Assembly (NCBI GenBank): GCA_965200245.1
Contig: CBDATS010000005.1
Span: 480,001-544,000, forward strand
From: a bacterium
Lineage (GTDB): Bacteria; UBA8248
Direction of reading: 5' to 3'
Length of the DNA stretch: 64,000 bases
Within the stretch, counting starts at the first letter, position 1; the number at the start of each line of letters is the position of its first letter. A program made the position numbers and the translations under genes. The notes beneath the pieces were generated by a model, which saw nothing but the letters and a program-made list of their open reading frames with translations, was not told the origin of the DNA and did not search any database. Below are positions 19,568-30,286 of this stretch, one piece after another.

Positions 19568-21250
19568 ATGGCCATCGCATCGGATGTAGAAATCGCTCAA
19601 TCCGCGGAACTTAAACCCATCACGGAGGTCGCCGCAGGCTTGGGCCTTGCACCCGAGGAGATCGAACTCTATGGCGCGCATAAGGCCAAGATTGGCCTGG
19701 ACGCGCTTGAACGCCGCAAGGACGAGTCGGACGGCAAACTCATCCTCGTCACCGCGATGACACCCACTCCGCTCGGTGAAGGCAAGACACTCACTACGGT
19801 GGGCCTGGGCCAATCACTCGCGCGGTTGGGGAAGAAAAGCATCATCTGCGTGCGCGAGCCCTCGCTCGGCCCCGTGTTCGGCATCAAGGGCGGTGCTGCG
19901 GGTGGCGGCATGTCCCAGGTATTGCCGATGGAGGACATCAACCTGCACTTTACGGGCGACATCCACGCGGTCACCTCCGCGCACAACCTGCTCTCCGCCC
20001 TGCTGGATGCGCACATATTCCACGGAAACGAACTTAATCTGGACGTAAACCGCGTCACCTGGAAGCGCGTGCTGGACATGAATGACCGCGCGCTGCGCCA
20101 CATCCTCGTGGGCCTGGGTGGCAGGACGCAAGGCGTGCCGAGAGAAGAAGGCTTCATGATCACGGCAGCGTCCGAAATCATGGCCGTGCTGTGCCTCGCG
20201 AGCGACCCTCAGGATATGAAAGAGCGCATCGCGCGCATCGTGGTCGGCTTCACGAGAAAGGGCAAGCCCATCACCGCGGGCGATCTGAACGCCACGGGCG
20301 CAATGGCCCTGCTCCTGAAAGATGCCATCAAGCCGAACCTCGTGCAGACGCTGGAAGGCTCTCCCGCCCTCGTTCACGGGGGGCCTTTCGGCAACATCGC
20401 ACACGGCACGAACTCGATCATAGCGGACAAGCTCGCGCTAAAACTCGCAGATGTGATGGTCGTGGAGGCAGGTTTCGGTTCGGATCTGGGCGCCGAGAAA
20501 TTCTTCGACATCACCGCGCGCACCGGGGACCTCAACGTGGACGCGGTAGTGCTCGTTGCCACCGTCCGCGCACTCAAGCTTCACGGGGGTGTTCCTTTCG
20601 ATGTAAATGCGCTTGCGGAAGAAAACACGGATGCCCTGACGCGCGGCTTCGCCAACCTTCGCACCCATATCGAGAACATGCAGAAATTCGGTGCACCCGT
20701 GGTGGTGGCCTTGAACCGTTTCGCTTCGGATACGGATGCGGAAATCACGCGCGTAAAGGAGTTGGCCAAAGAAGTGGGCGCACAGTGTCATCCGCATGAG
20801 CTTCACGCGAGGGGCGGTGAGGGAGGACTCGAACTCGCTGAGGCGGCCTATAGCCTGGCGGAAGCGAACAATGCGCCCTATACGCCGCTATATTCGCTGG
20901 ACATGTCGCTTGCGGAGAAGATAGAGACCATCGCGAAGCGCATCTACCGCGCTGACGCTGCGCGTTTTGAGCCAGGCGCGGCGCGTAGCCTGAGAACCTT
21001 GACGAGACTGGGCTACGGCGAGCTTCCCGTCTGCGTCGCGAAAACCCAAGCCTCTCTATCCGACGACCCAAGCAAGCTCGGCGCGCCAGAGGGCTTTACC
21101 ATGAGCGTGCGCGAGGCGTACGTATCCGCAGGAGCGGGGTTCGTCGTCGCCATCGCGGGGAATATCATGCAGATGCCTGGCCTCGCCAAGACGCCCGCCT
21201 CGGCGGGAATGGACATCACCGCCGACGGAAAAATCACAGGGTTGTTCTAG
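19568..21250 (+). CDS. fhs: formate--tetrahydrofolate ligase
   Basis: TPTPLGEGKT, REPSLGPVFGIKGGAAGGG, PMEDINLHFTGDIHA, HGGPFGNIAHG, EAGFGSDLGAEKF, C.AKTQ.SLSD. Confidence 0.97.
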   Translation: MAIASDVEIAQSAELKPITEVAAGLGLAPEEIELYGAHKAKIGLDALERRKDESDGKLILVTAMTPTPLGEGKTLTTVGLGQSLARLGKKSIICVREPSLGPVFGIKGGAAGGGMSQVLPMEDINLHFTGDIHAVTSAHNLLSALLDAHIFHGNELNLDVNRVTWKRVLDMNDRALRHILVGLGGRTQGVPREEGFMITAASEIMAVLCLASDPQDMKERIARIVVGFTRKGKPITAGDLNATGAMALLLKDAIKPNLVQTLEGSPALVHGGPFGNIAHGTNSIIADKLALKLADVMVVEAGFGSDLGAEKFFDITARTGDLNVDAVVLVATVRALKLHGGVPFDVNALAEENTDALTRGFANLRTHIENMQKFGAPVVVALNRFASDTDAEITRVKELAKEVGAQCHPHELHARGGEGGLELAEAAYSLAEANNAPYTPLYSLDMSLAEKIETIAKRIYRADAARFEPGAARSLRTLTRLGYGELPVCVAKTQASLSDDPSKLGAPEGFTMSVREAYVSAGAGFVVAIAGNIMQMPGLAKTPASAGMDITADGKITGLF

Positions 21251-21603
21251 CGCGCGACGCCCGCCCATGACTTAATCCGATCCAGGGCTGATTTTCAATC
21301 ATGCAATCCCGTGGTTCGTCAAGTTGACTGGGAATGCCGCCTATCTTCCCTGATGTTCCCAAGGCAAACAAAGCCTGCGATCACTATCAACGGCGGGCAG
21401 CCATGAATATGGAAATGACTTGCAAGTGAAGTCCAATGCCCATTTGACCGCCCCACTCAAAGTCCTTCCGTAAAAGGTCTTTGTTCCCATCTCATTGGCA
21501 AACTTCGGCCTTGGCAACGGCACGGAACCCTACTCCCGACCCGGCTCACCCTGTTTGCTTTGGAGCATGTCGACAGCTTGGGTGGCACAAAGGACTCGGG
21601 CAG

Positions 21604-22998
21604 TTAGACCGTCTGCCCTGCCGCCTGCTCCCTTGTGCCAGCCCCACCCAAAAGCTCCATCAGGGATTCGATTCCTGGCTGGGTTTCGAGTGATTCGAGA
21701 CGTGCGAGTACGTCTTCATATTCCTCGGTTTTCAGGGTGGTCTTCGCGCAATCACGGAACTTGGACCTTATTTTTTCATCCTCCATAGGCCATACCGCGC
21801 AGCCGCGCGAGATGTCCGTTCTTTTCTTGAGTACGCGCCCGTCGTTCAGGCAAACACGCACCTCACTCGGTCTGCGCATACCGGGCTGCCAGCCCATGTC
21901 GTCCACCGTGACGCGGACTTTCTGCATCCATTCCTGAAGCAGGGGTTCGCGCACCGCCTCGTCCGTGAAGGTTTCGAGGCGCAGGTCCTTGTCCAGCAGC
22001 ATGCGTGCGAGGCAGTACTCAATGGAGAACTTGCCTTCAAGACCCGTCTGGGGCGCGTGGTAGCGGAGCACCTGCGCGGAGATTTCGAGCAGGGAAACCT
22101 CGATATACGCTACGTCCGCAGCCGCGAGACCGGATTCCTCCACGAGGTCGTAGAGTGCATCCACCGCCGGGTGCGTCGAGAGGCAGCACGGGTAGGGCTT
22201 CATATTCATGCCGGGATCGGCGAGCGAATATGGTCGCCCGAGGCTTTGGGCGATCTCGTCAGCATCTGGTGAACCGCCACCCGCGTATACTTGCAGGAAT
22301 CCGCGCGGCGCCTCCAGTATCGCCGTGTTCGCCGTGAGGCCCGCCGCCGCAAGTTCCGCCGCGCGAAGGCCCGCCTCAGGCGCGAGGCCCGCATGCAGGG
22401 GCTTCGTCATGGTGCCGAAGTTAGCGTGAACACCCGAGGCATGAGACGCCGCGATACCGAGCGCATGACGAGTGGTCTCCACATCGAATCCGCGCAGGTG
22501 GGCTGCAGCGCCCGCCGCGCCCATAGTCCCGAGCGTACAGGTGGAATGCCAGCCCGCGCCGTAGTGTTCGGGATTCATGCCCCGGCCCAGTTTGGTCGAA
22601 ATCTCATAGCCGATAACGAAGGCCTCCATTACCTCGCGGCCCGACGCCCCCTGCTTCTCTCCCTGGGCCAGGACGGCTGGCAGGACGACCACACTCGGGT
22701 GACCACTCAGCAGATAGCTCGAATCATCGAAATCGAGCGCGTGGCCTATCGCTCCGTTGACGAGGGCAGCCATCGGTGCTGCGGTGCGCGCACCTGTACC
22801 GATGATGCTCGCCTCCGGTGCTCCGCCCATCCTCTGTGCGAAATCGGCCACGATCCGCCCCACGGGCTCCCCTACGCCGGCGAGCGTCACGCCCACGGTG
22901 TCTATCATCGCCTTCTTCGCGCGCTCTATCACCAGTTCGGAGAAATCCGCCCACTTCGTCTCGACGATGAATTCCGCCATCCGTTCGGTAACACTCAT
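21604..22998 (-). CDS. MmgE/PrpD family protein
   Basis: AALVNGAIGHALDFDD, HPS, HYGAGWHST.TLG, FGTMTKPLHAG, KPYPCC..THP, KFSIEY. Confidence 0.92.
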   Translation of the reverse strand: MSVTERMAEFIVETKWADFSELVIERAKKAMIDTVGVTLAGVGEPVGRIVADFAQRMGGAPEASIIGTGARTAAPMAALVNGAIGHALDFDDSSYLLSGHPSVVVLPAVLAQGEKQGASGREVMEAFVIGYEISTKLGRGMNPEHYGAGWHSTCTLGTMGAAGAAAHLRGFDVETTRHALGIAASHASGVHANFGTMTKPLHAGLAPEAGLRAAELAAAGLTANTAILEAPRGFLQVYAGGGSPDADEIAQSLGRPYSLADPGMNMKPYPCCLSTHPAVDALYDLVEESGLAAADVAYIEVSLLEISAQVLRYHAPQTGLEGKFSIEYCLARMLLDKDLRLETFTDEAVREPLLQEWMQKVRVTVDDMGWQPGMRRPSEVRVCLNDGRVLKKRTDISRGCAVWPMEDEKIRSKFRDCAKTTLKTEEYEDVLARLESLETQPGIESLMELLGGAGTREQAAGQTV

Positions 22999-23491
22999 CC
23001 TGCGCCTCCTCGCTCGGGAACTCTGGGCTCCGCTCGATTGTTCATGAAATCGCTCTTCTTCAATCAGGCACATCTCTCGGGGGGTGTAGCAGTACCCGGT
23101 CGCTTGTACACCATTGGAGGTCTTGCGGAAAAGGAACGGTGGTGAAAAGGTATGGATTTACCGATAAACCCCGTTCCTGATCTCGCTGTCTCCGCTTTCT
23201 GGCGACATGCGCACAGCTGTCAGCAACAACCTGATGTCGAATGACGGCAATTCTCGAGAATTCCGATCCCCGGTCGTTTTCTGATTCCTCTCTGGGCCAA
23301 TGATTTCGCCTGCAAATTCTCGAAAACACCTCTTCGCTACACCCCGCAAGAGCCGGTCTTTTCGAGCCTTCTTTCGAAACTGCCATATCCGGTTTCAAGG
23401 CATCCACATTCCCGTAAAACGCTTCCTGCAATACCGAGAACCCGGAAAATCTCCGGCTTTTTCGTATATTCCTGCTGGAATTAACCAGAAA

Positions 23492-23506
23492 TGATATCAT
23501 ATATCA
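23492..23506. promoter_or_regulatory. palindromic operator-like site
   Basis: TGATAT-CAT-ATATCA inverted repeat in the divergent intergenic region; regulator unknown. Confidence 0.4.
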
Positions 23507-23739
23507 CATACTCAGCCGATGACGCGGTGCGGCGCCTGAACGATGGTTTCCTGTCCCCGCAGGTTTCAGATCGCGTGGCCAAGACAGCTTCCACGTTGTT
23601 GCGCCTCACCCTGAGCGGAACAAGCCTCTCCCGGCACCGGCGCGCTCACCGGAAATGCCAGGATATTCATTTACACCATTCATTTTTGAGGATACTCGGC
23701 CAGAACCGGGTGACCTCGTCATCAGCAAAGGAGCACGTC

Positions 23740-24915
23740 ATGCCAGAAGCACCCGCCAACACTCGATGGTTCACCTATTTCCCCGAAGATTACCGGTGGT
23801 CGTCAGGCGTCGTGAATTGCCTCTCCGTAGCCCCCTGGGGCGGGGCCGAAATCGGTGAGGTCGATCAGGTGGGCAGACGACTCAGGAAAGATGTCGGCAA
23901 CGATGCGCTCTGGTTCCGTGAGTGGGTACGCATGGCGAACAAGGTGCTCGCGCTCGCCCTGACGGAAGAAGACAACAACCACCGCCTGAGTGCCGCCTAC
24001 CACCACAAGCGCGCAGCGATGTACTACCAGATAGCCGAGCGCTTCAGAACGCCCAAGGACAAGCGTGCGAAAGAGGCCTACAGGCTGGCACTCGACAGCT
24101 TCCTGCGCTTCACGAAACTTACCGACGCACCCGAAATTGAGCGCGTGGAAGTACCCTTCGAAAACGGAGTAAATCTGCCGGGATATTTCGTGCACGCGCA
24201 GAACACGAACAAGGCCAAACCGCCTGTCATCGTCTATTTCGATGGTCTCGACATTACAAAGGAGATCCAGTACCTGAGAGGCGTGGAGGAATTCGTGCGG
24301 CGTGGAATGAGTTGCCTCGTTATGGACGGGCCGGGAACCGGCGAGGCCATCCGATTCCGGGAACTATACCTCCGCCACGACTATGAGGTCGCAGGCTCCG
24401 CCGCACTCGATTATCTCGAGACGCGTGGGGACGTGAACGCGAGAAAAGCCGCCGTAATCGGAATCAGCCTGGGCGGGTACTACGCACCGCGCATCGCCAG
24501 CATGGAGAAACGCTACAAGGCGTGCGTCGCCTGGGGGGCGTGCTGGGATTATCATGCGACGTGGAAAAAGCGCGTCGCTGCCTCGATGCAGACGGAACTG
24601 TCGGTGCCCGGCCATCATATCCTGTGGATTTTCAACACGACGAATTTTGAGGACACTTTCAGGAAGCTGGAAGATTTTCGCCTCGACGGCGTGGTGCAGA
24701 AGATGCGATGTCCGTTCCTGCTCACCCACGGAATCGACGACAAGCAGGTACCCACGCGGGACGCGAGAAAACTCTTCAATGCCGTGGGTTCGAAGGAAAA
24801 GACGCTCAAGATATTCACCGTCAAGGAGGGCGGATCCCAACATTGCCAGCGCGACAATCTCTCGCTCGGCGTTACATACATCGCAGACTGGTTGATGGAG
24901 AGGCTCAGACCGTGA
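23740..24915 (+). CDS. alpha/beta hydrolase, 2,6-dihydroxypseudooxynicotine hydrolase-like (FrsA/DUF1100 group)
   Basis: AAGGAG RBS then ATG 23740; ERVEVPFE, DGLD..KE, DGPG.GE, GISLGGYYAPR, GG..HCQ.DN. Confidence 0.82.
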   Translation: MPEAPANTRWFTYFPEDYRWSSGVVNCLSVAPWGGAEIGEVDQVGRRLRKDVGNDALWFREWVRMANKVLALALTEEDNNHRLSAAYHHKRAAMYYQIAERFRTPKDKRAKEAYRLALDSFLRFTKLTDAPEIERVEVPFENGVNLPGYFVHAQNTNKAKPPVIVYFDGLDITKEIQYLRGVEEFVRRGMSCLVMDGPGTGEAIRFRELYLRHDYEVAGSAALDYLETRGDVNARKAAVIGISLGGYYAPRIASMEKRYKACVAWGACWDYHATWKKRVAASMQTELSVPGHHILWIFNTTNFEDTFRKLEDFRLDGVVQKMRCPFLLTHGIDDKQVPTRDARKLFNAVGSKEKTLKIFTVKEGGSQHCQRDNLSLGVTYIADWLMERLRP

Positions 24916-24986
24916 GAATTGGTTTCGACCAATGCGGGATGGATTATCGCTGATCGCAGGGACAGGTCAAGACTTTTCCTGCAGGC

Positions 24987-25610
24987 TTACGCACCCTCCA
25001 GCCAAGCTTCCGCATCGGCGCGGACGGCAGCCTCTTCCACACTGTGCTGCAAGACGATGTCCCTGGCGGGCGGGTGGCCGATTTTCGCGTTTCGCCAGCA
25101 ATGGTAGCGAATGGCCGGGGGATAGCCTGTGAGGTCGATGGAGGCGAAAAACGAAGCAGGAACTTCGTCCGGTTTGTATGGATCCATTCGATCTTTTTCG
25201 TAGATGTTGGTCCGCTTCCAGATGCGCCATGCATCTTCCCGTTTTTCGAGCAGGGCCAGAACGCGGCTCCAGGTTGTGAAATCGAGTTCCACTCCGTCGA
25301 TGATTCTTCTCTGGTAGAGGATCAGGTCGTGCTCGGCCACTGCGCGCGGACCACCAAGGCGAACCCAGGGGTTCGTCACGGTGTGCTTCTGGCGCTCGCC
25401 GGGGTGGCGGGCGATCTTCATCTTCTTCGCTGCTTCGACGAATTCATCCCGCGTGCCGCTGAACCACGAAGTGGTAAGCGTGGCGTCTGCGTGATAGCAA
25501 TCGCGCCATTCCTCCCAGAGGCCAGCGTCGCGGGCGTAGTTCACTACCGAGAGAACATCCTTTATCTCGTTCCTCTCGACGCTTTCCTGAATTCTTCCCC
25601 CTGTTTCCAT
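24987..25610 (-). CDS. SnoaL/NTF2-like protein
   Basis: ARDAGLWEEW..CYH.DA....SWF.G, KR...WRI..R..IYEKDR.DP. Confidence 0.75.
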   Translation of the reverse strand: METGGRIQESVERNEIKDVLSVVNYARDAGLWEEWRDCYHADATLTTSWFSGTRDEFVEAAKKMKIARHPGERQKHTVTNPWVRLGGPRAVAEHDLILYQRRIIDGVELDFTTWSRVLALLEKREDAWRIWKRTNIYEKDRMDPYKPDEVPASFFASIDLTGYPPAIRYHCWRNAKIGHPPARDIVLQHSVEEAAVRADAEAWLEGA

Positions 25611-25619
25611 AGTACTTCC

Positions 25620-26036
25620 TCACACGAACTCGTGCACTTCGGCGAACATGCCTTTCACGATGCCCCCGCTCAGGTGGCCAACGAGCACTTCTCCGGGCTG
25701 ATAGGGGCCGCCGCTGAGCGCCAGGTGGAGGTGAATATAGGGTCGGGGTTCTTCCCACGTCTCATCACCTCGGACGGCAGGTGGCTTCTCGGGCCAAGAG
25801 ATGTTACCCACGGCGATGAGTTCGCGCCAGTCATGAAAATAGCGACGTGCCGAAGGGCCGATTACTTCCCGGAATCCCGTACGAATATCCGATTCCTTGA
25901 GCGCACCAAACACGATAAGCGAGGCACTGCGTATGTTCTTCTCTATCACGAAGCGTTCAAACTCCCCAGAAAAATCGTCGTCCTCTTCGAATTCCAGGTG
26001 AAAGACGCGGCCCAGCTTCTTTTCTTCCGCTCGCAT
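25620..26036 (-). CDS. PPC/DUF296 domain protein
   Basis: ELIAVGNIS, PYIHLH, VGHL metal-binding motifs. Confidence 0.75.
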   Translation of the reverse strand: MRAEEKKLGRVFHLEFEEDDDFSGEFERFVIEKNIRSASLIVFGALKESDIRTGFREVIGPSARRYFHDWRELIAVGNISWPEKPPAVRGDETWEEPRPYIHLHLALSGGPYQPGEVLVGHLSGGIVKGMFAEVHEFV

Positions 26037-26038
26037 AC

Positions 26039-26902
26039 TTAACCCTCCTTCACTTCCGCGTAGAGGTTCTCGATCCCCCGGCGGAAAGTCCGCCTTCTGT
26101 GCGCGATCCACGACTCACCACGCCCCGTGTCGGACCAGAAGAATTTCCCGAACGAATCGGCGGTGACGGCTTCTTCCCGAGTCATTCCCTTTCTCACCAA
26201 TCCTTTCATTATTCCCCACATCTCCTCGAGTTCGTTCCTGAATCGCCGCACCTCTCGGGTTCCACATATCTCGCCGTGGCCGGGGACGACATGCGCTACA
26301 GGCAGGCCCTCAATCCAGGCGAGCGCATCGATCCATTCCCGAAAACGCGCCTCGCGCATACCGGGGCCCGGTTCGTTGATCATCACGTCGCCCGTGAAGA
26401 TCACGCCTTCCTCGGGCACATACACCGAACTGCAGGCGGGCGTGTGGCCGCCCAGACGGTACACCTGAAACGTCAGTGGATAGAGATGGAGCGTAACCCC
26501 CTCATCGAAGCACACCTGCGGGAGGGGAAGTACGGCCTCCGCAATCTCTTTCGCTTCCCCATGCGCGCCGATTTCATTCAGAGTGTCGATGAAGGTATCG
26601 CGCCCGGCGAGAGAGCCTTCCCTTGCGGCGAGCGCATCGAACACGCGCCGGGGCGCGATGGAGATAACCCTGGCATCCTCGATGAACGCGGCACCGATGG
26701 TGTGGTCGCCGTGATAATCGGTCGAGATACTATAACGGATGCCCTTGGGGCTAAGCACCCTCATTTGCTCTTGCCAGCGGCGGGAATCCCGAGGCCGCAC
26801 GGGACAGTCGATGAGCACAACACCTGCCTCGGTAACGCCTGCGCCCACGTTCGCCCAGAGATATCCGGTCTCCGCCACCAGGTGTTCGCTCAGGTGACGC
26901 AT
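26039..26902 (-). CDS. MBL-fold hydrolase (cyclase-like)
   Basis: ANVG, VVLID, TDYHGDH, GGHTP, FTGD, VVPGHG. Confidence 0.82.
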   Translation of the reverse strand: MRHLSEHLVAETGYLWANVGAGVTEAGVVLIDCPVRPRDSRRWQEQMRVLSPKGIRYSISTDYHGDHTIGAAFIEDARVISIAPRRVFDALAAREGSLAGRDTFIDTLNEIGAHGEAKEIAEAVLPLPQVCFDEGVTLHLYPLTFQVYRLGGHTPACSSVYVPEEGVIFTGDVMINEPGPGMREARFREWIDALAWIEGLPVAHVVPGHGEICGTREVRRFRNELEEMWGIMKGLVRKGMTREEAVTADSFGKFFWSDTGRGESWIAHRRRTFRRGIENLYAEVKEG

Positions 26903-26978
26903 TTCCCATTCCGCCCATGCGAGAAACGCTGTGGCGGGGGCGCAATCCACGCCCCTGCCATGATTGAAGCTCCGGTTC

Positions 26979-27968
26979 CTAGCTTCTGATCTTCACTCCT
27001 GCGTTCTTGTAGATATCCTTATTGCTCTCATATTCCTGCTTTAACTGCTTCATGAGTTCCACCCCGACGACCGGTTCAGGCTTGACACCCATCTTCTTGA
27101 GCAGGCGCTTGAAGGTCTTGTCCTTTGCCATTTTGAGCAGGGCTTTCGTCAGGATGTCGATGCGATCCCTGGGCGTTCCCGCGGGCGCCATGACGATGCG
27201 CTTCGAAGACAATAGAAGGTCTACTCCCTGCTCCCTGAAGGTCGGTACGTCCGGGAACAACGGGAAGCGTTTGGCGGCGGCGACACCCAGAATGCGGATT
27301 TTACCGGACTTGTAGTTCGAGAGAACACCGCCCGTCGCCGGGTTGGCACCTGCCGTGTGGACATGCCCTCCAAGCATGGCGAGCATGGCCGGGCCGCCCC
27401 CTCGGTAGGGAACGTGGGGCAGCGGTGCCTTCGTGTCATAGGCGAGCTTGAGCATCATGGTGTGGCTCAAGCCGTATGTCCCCGTCGAGCCGTGCTTGAT
27501 CTTGCCTTTGCTCTTTTTCGCCGCAGCGATGTATTCCTTGAAATTCTTCCACGGTCTGTTCCCCAGCGTCACCAGCAAATAGGGGAGTTCGTTGATCTGG
27601 AACACGGGGATAAAATCCTTGAAAGGGTCGAAACCCATGTCCTTCACATGGGGCGACATGTAGAGATGGCTGTTCGCGCCCATCGCGAGCGTGTAGCCGT
27701 CGGGCTTGGCGCGCTTGAGCGCCCCCATCCCTATCTTGCCACTGCCACCCGGCATGAGTTGCACGAATGCGGGCTGGCCAATGTACTGGTGCAGGACACT
27801 GGCCACGGCGCGCGCATGGAGGTCATGCGAACCGCCCGCCCCCAGAGGCACGATGATCTTGATGGGTTTTGAGGGATACTTCTCCGCCGCATCAGACAGG
27901 GCGGCGAAAGCGAAGAGCCCGAGGGCCAGAACTGCCGCCAGGGCGATCTGCCATGTTTTGCGCATCAT
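26979..27968 (-). CDS. tripartite tricarboxylate transporter substrate-binding protein (Bug/TctC)
   Basis: YPSKPIKIIVP.GAGG..D, AKPDGYTL, HVPYRGGGPA..A.LGGHV, PDVPTF.EQG. Confidence 0.92.
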   Translation of the reverse strand: MMRKTWQIALAAVLALGLFAFAALSDAAEKYPSKPIKIIVPLGAGGSHDLHARAVASVLHQYIGQPAFVQLMPGGSGKIGMGALKRAKPDGYTLAMGANSHLYMSPHVKDMGFDPFKDFIPVFQINELPYLLVTLGNRPWKNFKEYIAAAKKSKGKIKHGSTGTYGLSHTMMLKLAYDTKAPLPHVPYRGGGPAMLAMLGGHVHTAGANPATGGVLSNYKSGKIRILGVAAAKRFPLFPDVPTFREQGVDLLLSSKRIVMAPAGTPRDRIDILTKALLKMAKDKTFKRLLKKMGVKPEPVVGVELMKQLKQEYESNKDIYKNAGVKIRS

Positions 27969-29503
27969 TTTGGTTCCTCCTTTGAATTGGGTGAATCGAC
28001 TGCCGTTTGCGGCCTCAAGGTCGCGGCCCACGGTCGCCTCCAGATGCTCAACGCCAACATCAATATGGTCATGCCGATGAAAAATGCTGCGATAGGACGG
28101 GTGAAGAAAATGGAATAATCGCCGTCAGAAATGATGAGCGCCTGCTGAAGCGCTTCTTCCGCCCGGGGCGCCAGGATGAACGCGATGACGAGCGGAGCCA
28201 GCGGGAATTTCAGTTTTCTCAACCCGTACCCGAACAGTCCTGCGACGAGCGCCAAGATAAGGTCGCCCAGATTACTGTGATAGACGTACGCTCCTACCAG
28301 ACAGGAAACGATAATGCCCGGTACCAGTATCGACTGCCGGATGGTGACTATCTTGGCGAACATGCCCGTGAGCAGCCAGCCCTGAATCAGCATGATGGGG
28401 TTCCCAATCAGCAACAGGGTGAAGATGGCGTACATGACAGGGGCGTGTTCCTGGAAAAGGCTCGGCCCGGGCCTGAGTCCCTGGGCAATGAACGCGCCCA
28501 TGAGAATCGCCGCGCTCGGGTCGCCCGGAATGCCGAACGTGAGGGTAGGTATCAGGTCCGCGCCCGCCACCGCGCTGTTGGCGGCCTCGGAGGCCGCAAC
28601 GCCCTCGTAGCTGCCATGTCCGTATTCTTCCGGTTTCTTCGACGCGCGCTTCGCCGCCGCGTAGCTCACGAAGGTGGCGATGGCCGCTCCCGTTCCCGGA
28701 ATCGCGCCGACGAAGGTGCCTATCATGGATGAACGCAGGATGGTGCGTGCCGAGTGCCAGACTTCGACGATTCTGAGTTTCCTGCCGCCCTTCAGGTGCA
28801 GGGTATCTGGCGGGCTCGCGAGGACGGAGGCCTTTTTTTCCGCCTGAATGAATACCTCGCTCACGGCGAAAAGCCCGATGAGCAGGGGAACCACCCCCAC
28901 CCCATCCGCCAGGCCGGGAAGACCAAACGTGAAACGCTCCCCGCCCGAAACAATGTCCGTGCCCACCATCCCGAGCTGGATCCCGATGAGGGCCGACAGC
29001 ACACCTTTCACCACGGAGGCGCCCGTCACGCTCGAGATGATGGCCAAACCCATGAGCAGAAGCCCGAAAAACTCTGCCGGCCCGAACAGGAGAGCCACCG
29101 CAGCCAGAGGAAGCGCCGCCAATATGAGAACGAGATCGCTGAACGTGTCGCCGATGGTCGAGGAATAAAGAGCCATCTGGATCGCGCTTCTCGCTTCTCC
29201 CTTTTGCGCGAGTGGAAACCCGTCCATACACGTCGCCGCGGCAGGCGCGGTTCCCGGCGTGTTCACCAGAATGGCAGGGATGGAACCGCCGAAGAGGGTT
29301 CCCTTATGAATCCCCAGCAGAAACGGGATACCCAGTACGGGCGGCATGAAAAAGGAAAAGGGAACCAGAATCGCAGTCGCCATCACGCTGGTGAGTCCCG
29401 GAATGGCACCGACCGTGATACCCACAAAGACGCCCACTGCAATCATGGCCAGACCCTGCCACGTGAGCGCCATTGCAACTCCCTGGAGTATCTGCTCGAA
29501 CAT
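27965..29503 (-). CDS. tripartite tricarboxylate transporter TctA
   Basis: GAIPGL, GGSIPAILVNTPGT, DGFPLAQKG, GVAASEAANSA, PTLTFGIPG. Confidence 0.93.
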   Translation of the reverse strand: MFEQILQGVAMALTWQGLAMIAVGVFVGITVGAIPGLTSVMATAILVPFSFFMPPVLGIPFLLGIHKGTLFGGSIPAILVNTPGTAPAAATCMDGFPLAQKGEARSAIQMALYSSTIGDTFSDLVLILAALPLAAVALLFGPAEFFGLLLMGLAIISSVTGASVVKGVLSALIGIQLGMVGTDIVSGGERFTFGLPGLADGVGVVPLLIGLFAVSEVFIQAEKKASVLASPPDTLHLKGGRKLRIVEVWHSARTILRSSMIGTFVGAIPGTGAAIATFVSYAAAKRASKKPEEYGHGSYEGVAASEAANSAVAGADLIPTLTFGIPGDPSAAILMGAFIAQGLRPGPSLFQEHAPVMYAIFTLLLIGNPIMLIQGWLLTGMFAKIVTIRQSILVPGIIVSCLVGAYVYHSNLGDLILALVAGLFGYGLRKLKFPLAPLVIAFILAPRAEEALQQALIISDGDYSIFFTRPIAAFFIGMTILMLALSIWRRPWAATLRPQTAVDSPNSKEEPK

Positions 29504-29511
29504 ACGCGGCC

Positions 29512-29988
29512 CTAACTGAACAAGCTGCCTTGAGGCAGCGCCAGCTTGAAGGCGAACCAGAAAAAATAGTTCACGAAGATGGGAAACAGGATGGACATCG
29601 AGGCGACGTAGCGCCAATCACGCGTGCCCATCATCATGATCAGGATCGCGAGAAAAACAGGAGTGCTAACCAGAAAACCGAAGTATGCCAGAGACTCGAC
29701 GTAGACATAGCAAAGAGCGAAAACGACGCAGACTTGCAGGAGTGCCTTTTTGCTCGTAATTGTTTGCCCACCCGCTTCACTACGCCTGAGAGCCCCGAAA
29801 AGGAACATCGCGCTCACCAATGCAAAGGTGGCAATGGTGGAATTGGGGAAGAAGGTAGGCAAAAAGACGGCGTTCGAAACTTCTTCCGGTGGGATGGAGT
29901 ATTGAATCTGCGTGGGAATAATGTAGAAAAAACCGACGGCACTGAAGACCAGAAAAACCACTGCTGTGTAGATATCGGCTTTCCGCAC
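29512..29988 (-). CDS. tripartite tricarboxylate transporter TctB
   Basis: Four to five TM helices, PTFFP, ends F...LPQG; upstream of tctA. Confidence 0.8.
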   Translation of the reverse strand: MRKADIYTAVVFLVFSAVGFFYIIPTQIQYSIPPEEVSNAVFLPTFFPNSTIATFALVSAMFLFGALRRSEAGGQTITSKKALLQVCVVFALCYVYVESLAYFGFLVSTPVFLAILIMMMGTRDWRYVASMSILFPIFVNYFFWFAFKLALPQGSLFS

Positions 29989-30286
29989 GTCCGGCCCTCT
30001 TGAAGGATGTGGAATTCGTACCGCCCTCACGAAATGCCGCAGGAGAGAAAACCAGATTCCGGGACCCTTCAACCGCCTCACATCTTTTCTATAAATCCTA
30101 TGAATAAACAAAAACTAGCAGGAATCGCCGCTCATGTCATCCCGGAGGGCACGCCTGGCGACTTCTGTTTGAACAGGAGTTTTCGAGAAGAAATCCTGCG
30201 CCCGCGTGAAAGATTGCGCCCGTTCTGGGAAGATGAATAATTCATGAGAAAAATACCGGAACTCGCATTCGATGAGGAATGATTCC

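Noticed and set aside
21251-21603. Small ORFs between fhs and the MmgE/PrpD gene
   Set aside because: No RBS-supported ORF with recognisable motifs in the frames I checked.
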